A program made the position numbers and the translations under genes. Shown here piece by piece: positions 11,758-18,755 of a stretch of DNA of 32,000 nucleotides. Source of the stretch: Planctomycetales bacterium (GTDB taxonomy: Bacteria > 4484-113 > JAFGCY01); the NCBI GenBank assembly GCA_022646745.1, contig CP060262.1:3630001-3662000 (forward strand), written 5' to 3'. The notes beneath the pieces were generated by a model. It had not been told where the DNA came from and made no database searches. It worked only from the letters and a program-made list of their open reading frames with translations. Position 1 is the stretch's first letter. Each line of letters opens with the position of its first letter.

Positions 11758-13005
11758 ATGTCCCCAGCCCCGCAGCAATCCGGCACAGGCCCAGAGCTAA
11801 GCACACGCGCAAGCGTGATGCCTCGCAGCAGCATCCGCCGCCTTTTCACCTCCGCCTTTGCGCTGAGCAGTGAAGGGGTGAAGGTGTATGGCCTGCACAT
11901 CGGGGACCCTGACTTCGACATGCCGCAGCGCATTGCCGACGGAGTCAGTGACGCAATTGCCGCAGGCCATACTCACTATTCACCGATGGCCGGAATTCCG
12001 GCCCTGCGTGATGCGATTGTCAGTCACCGTCAGAGGCGGATGGGAATTGAAATCCCGCGAAACCGGGTGATCGTCAGCCAGGGAGCCACACAGGCGCTGA
12101 ACAGCAGCCTGCAGCTCTGTGTTGACAGCGGCCAGCGCGTGCTTTTCCCGATGATCTACTTCCCGAACTACATCCAGCAGAGCACACTGGCTGGTGTCGA
12201 AGTTGACCCCTACGAGCTGGATGAGAGCTTCCAGCCGGTGCTGGAAAAGCTGGAACAGCAGGTCACGCCCGACACGCGGGCGATGCTGATAAACACCCCG
12301 AGCAATCCGACCGGTGTGCTGTTTCCTCCAGAGACTGTCAGGGCCTTGTATGACTTTGCCCGTCGCCATAATCTCTGGGTCATTTCGGACGAGGCCTACA
12401 GTGACTTCGTCTACCGAGGGGAGTACCTCTCACCGTTGAGCATCGACTGGGAGTACCCGGAGGAAGAGCGCCGCGTGATCGCGGTTTACAGCTTCTCCAA
12501 GAGCTATGCAGCCACCGGCCTGCGCATGGGATACATGTTGGCACCGAATGACAGTGCAGCCTTCAGGCTGGAGCTGATGAATGAACCATTGACCGGTTCT
12601 CTGACAACCCCCCTCCAGTATGCGATGGTACGTGCGCTGGAAGTTGACGATACGGCTGAACGACGTGACGCACTGCTGGAGCGCTGGCAACTGGCAGGCG
12701 AACTGCTTGCTGGATGCGGGCTGAAGTTCGCCAGTCCGGATGGCGGGCTGTTCTACTTCATTGACATTTCCCCGACCGGGATGGATGGCGACACCTTCGC
12801 TGACAGGCTGCTGGCTGAGGAGCATGTTGCAGTAGTGCCCGGCAGTGGCTTTGGGCTGGTCGGCAGCCGGGATGCGGCCGGGACCCTGGCATTTACGCCA
12901 AATGCACTGGCAGCCCGTTGTGTCCGGGTGAGCTTTGCGGCACCGCGCGCGGACATGGAGGAAGGGGTGAAGCGCCTTGTTGCATTCATCCGGCGCAATT
13001 CATGA
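11758..13005 (+). CDS. Class I/II PLP-dependent aminotransferase (aspartate/aromatic type)
   Basis: GDPDFDMP, YSPMAGIPALR, NTPSNPTG, VISDEAY and SFSKSYAATGLRMGY (PLP lysine) are present. An alternative start at ATG 11818 (MPRSSIRRLF) gives a more typical length. Confidence 0.88.
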   Translation: MSPAPQQSGTGPELSTRASVMPRSSIRRLFTSAFALSSEGVKVYGLHIGDPDFDMPQRIADGVSDAIAAGHTHYSPMAGIPALRDAIVSHRQRRMGIEIPRNRVIVSQGATQALNSSLQLCVDSGQRVLFPMIYFPNYIQQSTLAGVEVDPYELDESFQPVLEKLEQQVTPDTRAMLINTPSNPTGVLFPPETVRALYDFARRHNLWVISDEAYSDFVYRGEYLSPLSIDWEYPEEERRVIAVYSFSKSYAATGLRMGYMLAPNDSAAFRLELMNEPLTGSLTTPLQYAMVRALEVDDTAERRDALLERWQLAGELLAGCGLKFASPDGGLFYFIDISPTGMDGDTFADRLLAEEHVAVVPGSGFGLVGSRDAAGTLAFTPNALAARCVRVSFAAPRADMEEGVKRLVAFIRRNS

Positions 13006-13089
13006 GGATTCCTTCACACTTGCAAGAATAATGCCTTCCGGAGGAGTATGTTTGCCAGTTTGTGGATCTTGTGTGCAATGCCTACCTGC

Positions 13090-13107
13090 CAGTCCAGTAC
13101 TGGACTG
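13090..13107. promoter_or_regulatory. Perfect 18-bp palindrome CAGTCCAGTACTGGACTG
   Basis: Verified base by base as self-complementary. It lies 85 nt after the aminotransferase stop and 208 nt before the SLH-porin ATG. There is no T-tract, so it may be an operator or a weak hairpin. Confidence 0.35.
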
Positions 13108-13314
13108 ATTCATCTTGACAACACTGTTCTTGATCATGGATTGAAACGTGATCAATTTCCCAAAGCACAGGCGTTGCTCACTCCATCTTCATCCTTGCCT
13201 AATAACCTTTCCTGAGCACCTTTAAACGCGCACGTCCGTAGTTCAAGCAGCTGGTCGGGCGCTGGAGGTGTTGCCATCCCGGCACAGGGAAATACTTTCT
13301 GTGAGGTATGTAGG

Positions 13315-14979
13315 ATGAAGAGGTTTGCACTCTCCCTGCTGGCCTGCATGGTCCTTGGATGCTCCGTTGCCTGGGCGGATTCCGCCTATGACGACGTGTC
13401 CACCGACCACTGGGCCTACAACGCCCTGGATTACCTGACGCACCGTGGTGTGCTGGAAGGTTATCCTGACGGGTTCTTCAAGGGTGACCGTACGCTGACG
13501 CGTTACGAGTTCGCCCAGGCGATCGCCCGTCTGCTCGACACTGTTGGTGAGGGATCGCCCGAAGACATCAACATCATGGCCGAAACCCTTCGCGCGGAAT
13601 TCTCTGACCAGCTCGCCAGCCTTGGCGGGCGGGTTGATGCCCTGGGCAACCAGGTCAACGACATGAACTCGACCATCTCGGATCTTGAAGGTAGTGTGGC
13701 GGACAACACCAACCGGATCGGCGACCTCGAAGGCAAGGTCAAGGACCTCAAGCCCGGACCGGAGTGGAAGGGAGAGCTGCGCTACCGCTGGCAGTTCGAG
13801 GACTGGGCGGACCGCAACCGCTTCCGCCAGCGCATCCGCTTCAAGCTGGGCTACAGCAAGCAGATCAACGACTGCGTCAAGCTGGCCTGGCAGTTCCAGA
13901 CCCAGACCGGCAACGATGCCACCTCCGGCAACCATACACTTGGCAACCAGGGACGGACAGCGGACATCTTCCTGCACGAAGCCTATGTCAAGTACAGCCC
14001 CGCCTGGTTCGGCTATTACCAGGACTGCGAGAAGCCCAAGCCTAACTGCGGTGGCTGCGGTGGCTGCAACGAATGTCAGAGCTGCGCCAAGTGCGAAGAG
14101 CTGAAGTGCGAGTGCAAGAGCAAGCTGGACATCTATGCCGGTATCTTCCCGAGCATCCTCACGGATGAGCATGAGATGGTGCTGGATGGTGACGTGAACC
14201 TGCAGGGTCTCGGCTTCGTTTACCACTTCAACCAGGACTTCCAGCTGACCAGTGTCGCCAGTGTCTTCGTCGAGAAGAACGGCAGTGACTACTTCGATGA
14301 CGACACCTACTTCTTCGCCACGGAACTGCGCCATGACGATTTCCTGATTGACGGCCTCGACGCCTGGGTGGGCAGCTACGGCTGGAAGGAAGAGAACCAG
14401 CTGCTTGCGGACTACTTCACGGGCAACGGCCTTGTTCTGGCTGACAACAGCGTGTTCGATTTCAACGGTGACGGCACCGTCAACGGCCTCGACCGCTTCA
14501 ACAGCAACTTCAGCGTCTACAAGGCCGGCCTGCAGTACACCTGGGACTGCGCCTGGGACGACAAGCCGTTCAAGATCTTCGGTGAGTACATGCTGGCCTG
14601 CGACAGCGACGCGGAGGACAACATCTCCATCGTCAACCAGGGCCTCGCCTCCCCGATCATCTATGAGACCAGCGACGATACCGGCTGGGTCGCAGGTGCG
14701 CAGTGGGGAGACAAGCCCAAGGACTGCGGCGACTGGTTCACCTTTGCCCGCTACAAGGAGATCGGGGCCAACACCATCGTCTCCGGCCTGGGTGATTCCG
14801 ATACTGGTGGCGCAAACCGCAACAGCTTCGAGTGGCACTGGGCATACATCTGGGCCCCGAACTGCACGCTCGGTATCACCTACATCCTGCAGAAGATGCA
14901 CAACGCGTATGGATTCCAGATTCCCAGCGGCCAGGACGACCGCCAGATCGTGCAGGTGGACTGGGTGTTCAAGTTCTAG
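13315..14979 (+). CDS. SLH-domain outer-membrane porin (OmpM/Slp-like: SLH + coiled-coil stalk + beta-barrel) with a Cys-rich insertion
   Basis: Signal peptide ...CSVAWA|D. SLH motif DHWAYNALDYL..GVLEGYPDGFFKGDRTLTRYEFAQAIARLL. Heptad-like stretch LGGRVDALGNQVNDMNSTISDLEGSVADNTNRIGDLEGKVKDL. Then amphipathic beta-strand patterning ending ...VQVDWVFKF (C-terminal Phe). GTGAGG RBS. Confidence 0.85.
   Translation: MKRFALSLLACMVLGCSVAWADSAYDDVSTDHWAYNALDYLTHRGVLEGYPDGFFKGDRTLTRYEFAQAIARLLDTVGEGSPEDINIMAETLRAEFSDQLASLGGRVDALGNQVNDMNSTISDLEGSVADNTNRIGDLEGKVKDLKPGPEWKGELRYRWQFEDWADRNRFRQRIRFKLGYSKQINDCVKLAWQFQTQTGNDATSGNHTLGNQGRTADIFLHEAYVKYSPAWFGYYQDCEKPKPNCGGCGGCNECQSCAKCEELKCECKSKLDIYAGIFPSILTDEHEMVLDGDVNLQGLGFVYHFNQDFQLTSVASVFVEKNGSDYFDDDTYFFATELRHDDFLIDGLDAWVGSYGWKEENQLLADYFTGNGLVLADNSVFDFNGDGTVNGLDRFNSNFSVYKAGLQYTWDCAWDDKPFKIFGEYMLACDSDAEDNISIVNQGLASPIIYETSDDTGWVAGAQWGDKPKDCGDWFTFARYKEIGANTIVSGLGDSDTGGANRNSFEWHWAYIWAPNCTLGITYILQKMHNAYGFQIPSGQDDRQIVQVDWVFKF
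14047..14064 (+). repeat. Perfect tandem 9-bp duplication TGCGGTGGC x2 (encodes CGGCGG) inside the porin Cys run
   Basis: Read directly: 14047..14055 equals 14056..14064, followed by TGC. Confidence 0.9.
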
Positions 14980-15024
14980 GCATAGGGAGCAAATCCTTCA
15001 CGCAACAGAACGTGACATTAGATG

Positions 15025-15053
15025 AGGGCGGGTCCTAGTGACTCGCCCTTTTT
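15025..15053 (+). terminator. Rho-independent terminator after the SLH-porin gene
   Basis: AGGGCGGGTC / GACTCGCCCT forms a 10-bp stem (one G-U) with loop CTAGT, followed by TTTTT. Confidence 0.7.
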
Positions 15054-15062
15054 CGATTGGAT

Positions 15063-15079
15063 TCACGATTAATTCGTGA
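15063..15079. promoter_or_regulatory. Near-perfect 17-bp palindrome TCACGATTAATTCGTGA; first of several TCACGA boxes
   Basis: 7 of 8 arm pairs match. More TCACGA(A/T)T copies lie at 15086..15093 and 15282..15289. All are in the 285-nt region upstream of the lipoprotein cytochrome gene. Confidence 0.35.
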
Positions 15080-15270
15080 GAATGGTCACGAATTTCGGTA
15101 CATTTCATCTGTTCCAAACTCTATCTCAGATATCACCTATTGAAAAAACCTCAGTTCTCTGCTATATACATACAGAACTGGCCTTCGGACTAATCCGAAG
15201 ATTTGGATCTGAACATTCGATGAGGATCAGGATCAGCGTCCAGACCGAAAGGCCAGCAGCACAAGTCACC

Positions 15271-15286
15271 TGTGAAATGGTTCACG
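15271..15286. promoter_or_regulatory. CRP/FNR-family-like site TGTGA-N6-TCACG
   Basis: TGTGAAATGGTTCACG matches 9 of 10 core positions of the TGTGA-N6-TCACA consensus. It ends 53 nt upstream of ATG 15339. Confidence 0.35.
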
Positions 15287-15338
15287 ATAAATGATCCACT
15301 CATTGGAGACCTGGGTGGCTTTTCGGCTAAGGAGGCCG

Positions 15339-17330
15339 ATGATGACAAGCAATGTTTCAACCGGGAGAGGAATTCTCCATCAGGCATTGGGAATCACAGC
15401 TGCCAGCCTCCTCGCGCTTGGCAGCTGCGCCAGCTCGCTTTCCGGCGGCGGGGGAAACCCCGATGACGGAGGCGGCGTAAACAAGGCTCCGGTGATCATC
15501 GGAAATACGATCGCTGCCAACAACCTCAGTCCTGAGACATCGCAGGTTGTGCAGTTCTCCGTATCCGCCAGTGATCCCGAAGGCAGTGCACTGACCTTCA
15601 GCTGGGATGACGGAAATGCCGCCGCCGGTACCTTCGACGGCACGGGCTCTTCCGTATTCTGGAGCACTGAGGAAGCCGGAACCTACACGATCTCCGTGAT
15701 CGCGTACGACCCGGAGCTGCTATCAGCCACTGCCAGCACTTCAACCACGGTGGCACAGGCTCCGGATCCGCCGGGACCAAACGATCCGCCGGTGTTCGAC
15801 CAGAACGGCATCCAGAAGGACGTCAGCTCCCCGGTCGCCGGACAGAAGATCATCTTCTCGGTAACCGCGTCTGACTCCGATGGCGACACGCTCAGCTTCG
15901 TCTGGCAGGATGACACCGGCCAGGACAACTTCTCCGACATCACCGTCGAGAACGGCACTTCCAAGGCCACTTGGTCTTATGACGAGGCCGGCAGCCATAC
16001 GATCACCGCAATTGCCAATGACGGCAAGGCCACCGGTACGTCAATGGTGAGCGCAGTCACAAGCCAGACCGCCACGGTGACCCTTGCGGCGATGCCGACG
16101 TCCTTCGACTTCAGCGGTGCGGAGCGTTGCGCCAACTGCCACTCCGATGTGTACGACCAGTGGGAGAACACCGGTCATGCCCACATCGAGGACACCATGC
16201 AGCAGATCGGCCGCGGCCGCCTTGAGAGCTGCCGTGAATGCCACACCGTCGGTTATGGCGAGGGTGGTTACATCAGTTACGACCTCACCCCGCAGTTTGC
16301 CAACGTCCAGTGCGAAAGCTGCCACGGCTCCGGCACCGGCCACCCGGCCAACGGTCCGCTGCCCGCATCCTTCGACCCGACCGACTCCTGTGGCCGTTGC
16401 CATACTGAGGAGCACCACCCGACATTCGAAGAGTGGCAGACCTCCGGACATGCTAACTTTGCCCTTGATGAGCACAACGCAACCGGTTCAAGCTGCGTCA
16501 AGTGCCACAACGGTGAATGGTTTGTCCGGATCCAGATCAACGGCGAGGATCCCCCTGCAGAAGACCTGGCTGAAGGCACCCATGTGACCTGCGCCACCTG
16601 CCATGATCCGCACGGCAACGGATTCGAGAACCAGCTGCGAGTCGATCCTACAGCAACGATGATCATCCCCTTTGATGACACCGAAGTTAATGCCGGTAAG
16701 GCCAACACCTGCCTTGCCTGCCACAATGGACGCCGTAACCGCGGTGACATGGAGAACACGATTGCCAAGGGTGGTCGTGGCTTCCATGCCAACAGCCAGG
16801 GCCCGATGATCTTCGGCGTTGGCGGTTTCGAATTCGATGGCTACGAGTATGACAAGTCGCATCCGCACAACTCCTGGAATGAGGAGAAGTGCATCACCTG
16901 TCACATGTACAGCAAGGAATTCGAGGACTTCGAGAACCCGGCCATCGTCGGCCACAGCTTCGCCCCGAAGATTGAATCCTGCAACGTCTGCCACACATTC
17001 GCCACCAGCGAAGAAATGGAAGCCTACAAGGAGGAATTCATCAACGGTACGCTGGCCATGCTGCTCGAGTTCGAGACTATCTGGCCTGCTGAGTGGAAGA
17101 CTGAGGATGCCGGTGTGTTCGACCTGAACAACAAGCCCTCCAGCTCTGATCCACCTAGCACCGACGGCCCGCCGCTGAATGACCCGATCGGCGACCAGTA
17201 TCGCCAGGCTTGGTGGAACTACGAGTACGTCCGAGAGGACGCGAGCAAGGGTGTCCACAACCCGGCTTACTCCCGCGGCCTGCTGCAGTCCGCCATCAAC
17301 AAGGTCAACGAACTCAACGCTCTGCCGTAA
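15339..17330 (+). CDS. Lipoprotein nonaheme c-type cytochrome with two N-terminal PKD/cadherin-like Ig repeats
   Basis: AAGGAGG lies 5 nt upstream of ATG 15339. Lipobox LLALGS|C is followed by a Gly-rich linker. Two about 95-aa repeats (VVQFSVSASDPEGSALTFSWDD / KIIFSVTASDSDGDTLSFVWQDD). Nine CXXCH motifs (CANCH, CRECH, CESCH, CGRCH, CVKCH, CATCH, CLACH, CITCH, CNVCH). Confidence 0.9.
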   Translation: MMTSNVSTGRGILHQALGITAASLLALGSCASSLSGGGGNPDDGGGVNKAPVIIGNTIAANNLSPETSQVVQFSVSASDPEGSALTFSWDDGNAAAGTFDGTGSSVFWSTEEAGTYTISVIAYDPELLSATASTSTTVAQAPDPPGPNDPPVFDQNGIQKDVSSPVAGQKIIFSVTASDSDGDTLSFVWQDDTGQDNFSDITVENGTSKATWSYDEAGSHTITAIANDGKATGTSMVSAVTSQTATVTLAAMPTSFDFSGAERCANCHSDVYDQWENTGHAHIEDTMQQIGRGRLESCRECHTVGYGEGGYISYDLTPQFANVQCESCHGSGTGHPANGPLPASFDPTDSCGRCHTEEHHPTFEEWQTSGHANFALDEHNATGSSCVKCHNGEWFVRIQINGEDPPAEDLAEGTHVTCATCHDPHGNGFENQLRVDPTATMIIPFDDTEVNAGKANTCLACHNGRRNRGDMENTIAKGGRGFHANSQGPMIFGVGGFEFDGYEYDKSHPHNSWNEEKCITCHMYSKEFEDFENPAIVGHSFAPKIESCNVCHTFATSEEMEAYKEEFINGTLAMLLEFETIWPAEWKTEDAGVFDLNNKPSSSDPPSTDGPPLNDPIGDQYRQAWWNYEYVREDASKGVHNPAYSRGLLQSAINKVNELNALP

Positions 17331-17348
17331 CAGCAGTACACCAAGAGA

Positions 17349-17377
17349 GGGCGCCCGCAATGGGCGCCCTTTTTTTT
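17349..17377 (+). terminator. Rho-independent terminator
   Basis: GGGCGCCC-GCAAT-GGGCGCCC perfect 8-bp GC stem followed by T8. Confidence 0.85.
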
Positions 17378-17533
17378 GCCTGGATCCCCTTGTATACAGG
17401 CTTGATGAAGTCTGACTAAAGACACAATTCCGATGCCCGATATCATAGATATATAGTAGGTTTGTGATAAACTTGGAGCCGGAGAACACTGTTTTCCACA
17501 GGGTAGAGGAAGAGAGAATATTGGAGGATCAGC

Positions 17534-18742
17534 ATGGCTGCGAGAAGGTCATTGATGACCATCGTGCTGATAGCCGTCGGAGTGCTGGGCTGGACTTACG
17601 TAGGACAGGCGCAGTTCTTTGATTCCCTTGAGGGAATGGAAGCTCCGGAGGATGTCAGCGGTGTTGACTGTGCAATGTGTCATGGAAGCGCGGCTCAGGA
17701 AGTCACCTTCCCGCATGCTCCGGCCTTCGAGGGCAAGTGCGACACGTGCCACCAGACAACTGGTGTCGGGGGCCATGGCGGGCTCGTCAGTGAGACCCGC
17801 TCACTGTGCCTCAATTGCCACCAGGACAAGTCAGAGCACTACCCCGCACTCACCTGCTGGACGAGCAATTGCCACAGCGACATGCACGGCAGCAACCTCG
17901 ATCCCTTCCTCAACCCCAGCCGCCAGGAGGACTACCCCGGCTTTGCCGCCTCCACGGAAGGTGCGCAGTACGTCGGTACTGAGACCTGCCTGAGCTGCCA
18001 CCAGGGCCATCGCCGGGAATGGCAGAAGTCCATGCACAGCCTGACCGACCACGGTACCCGCCCGATCAGCGAGCGTGGCTGCGAAAGCTGCCACGGACCG
18101 GGCAGCAACCACTGGGGCCGCCGCGCCGGCATCGGTGTGTTCAGCATGGCAAGCTCCAAGGAAATTGACGACACCTGCCTTGAGTGCCACAAGTCCGACA
18201 CCTACGTACCGGACTACAAGGGCACCCGTCACGTGAAGGAAGGCATGTCCTGCATCGAGTGCCATGACCCGCACATGCAGACCAACAAGCACAACCTGCG
18301 CAAGACCCCCAATTCAATGTGCCTGACCTGCCACGAGTCCACCCGCGTGGACTTCGCCAAGTTCAGCCACCACCCGCTTGACAACGAAGACCCGCGCATG
18401 GGCCTGATGTGCATTGATTGCCACAATCCGCACGGCGGCGAGGGGCACGAGATGCTCAAGCAGGTGAAGGACGACCTCTGCTTCGAATGCCACGCTGACA
18501 AGCAGGGCCCGTTCATCTTCGAGCACGCGGGATACGACCCGGCCATGGGCAACGGCTGCTTCACCTGCCACAGTGCACACGGCAGCAGCAACCCTGACCT
18601 GCTGAACTTCTCCGGACGGGGTACCTGCATGGAATGCCATACGGACCGTGCCAACCACTTCCCCGCACAGAACTGCTGGACCTCGGGATGCCATTCCGAC
18701 CACCACGGTTCCAACACTGATTTCTTCTTCTTCGGGAACTAG
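17534..18742 (+). CDS. Periplasmic multiheme c-type cytochrome, 14 predicted heme sites (12 CXXCH + 2 CX4CH)
   Basis: GGAGGA RBS. Signal peptide ...YVGQA|QFF. Motifs CAMCH, CDTCH, CLNCH, CWTSNCH, CLSCH, CESCH, CLECH, CIECH, CLTCH, CIDCH, CFECH, CFTCH, CMECH, CWTSGCH. The CH..HGSN endings recall DmsE/MtrA-type cytochromes. Confidence 0.9.
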   Translation: MAARRSLMTIVLIAVGVLGWTYVGQAQFFDSLEGMEAPEDVSGVDCAMCHGSAAQEVTFPHAPAFEGKCDTCHQTTGVGGHGGLVSETRSLCLNCHQDKSEHYPALTCWTSNCHSDMHGSNLDPFLNPSRQEDYPGFAASTEGAQYVGTETCLSCHQGHRREWQKSMHSLTDHGTRPISERGCESCHGPGSNHWGRRAGIGVFSMASSKEIDDTCLECHKSDTYVPDYKGTRHVKEGMSCIECHDPHMQTNKHNLRKTPNSMCLTCHESTRVDFAKFSHHPLDNEDPRMGLMCIDCHNPHGGEGHEMLKQVKDDLCFECHADKQGPFIFEHAGYDPAMGNGCFTCHSAHGSSNPDLLNFSGRGTCMECHTDRANHFPAQNCWTSGCHSDHHGSNTDFFFFGN

Positions 18743-18755
18743 GAGGTAGCAAGCG

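Noticed and set aside
11320-11778. 152-aa minus-strand ORF opposite the 11326..11715 hypothetical
   Set aside because: It has only a TTG start, lower third-position GC than the plus frame, and would overlap the aminotransferase 5-prime end. This is kept as a real possibility, and the plus-strand call carries only 0.4 confidence.
14026-14115. Cys-codon repeat region as a CRISPR-like or microsatellite array
   Set aside because: There are only two 9-bp units, in frame and inside a coding sequence. It has no spacer-repeat architecture.
13243-14901. 552-aa minus-strand ORF
   Set aside because: It is a shadow of the SLH-porin gene. The plus-strand product has a signal peptide, an SLH motif and a barrel C-terminus.
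15076-15294. 72-aa ORF in the region upstream of the lipoprotein cytochrome
   Set aside because: The region is AT-rich with no coding periodicity and no RBS, and it is full of inverted repeats. It is better explained as regulatory or leader DNA.
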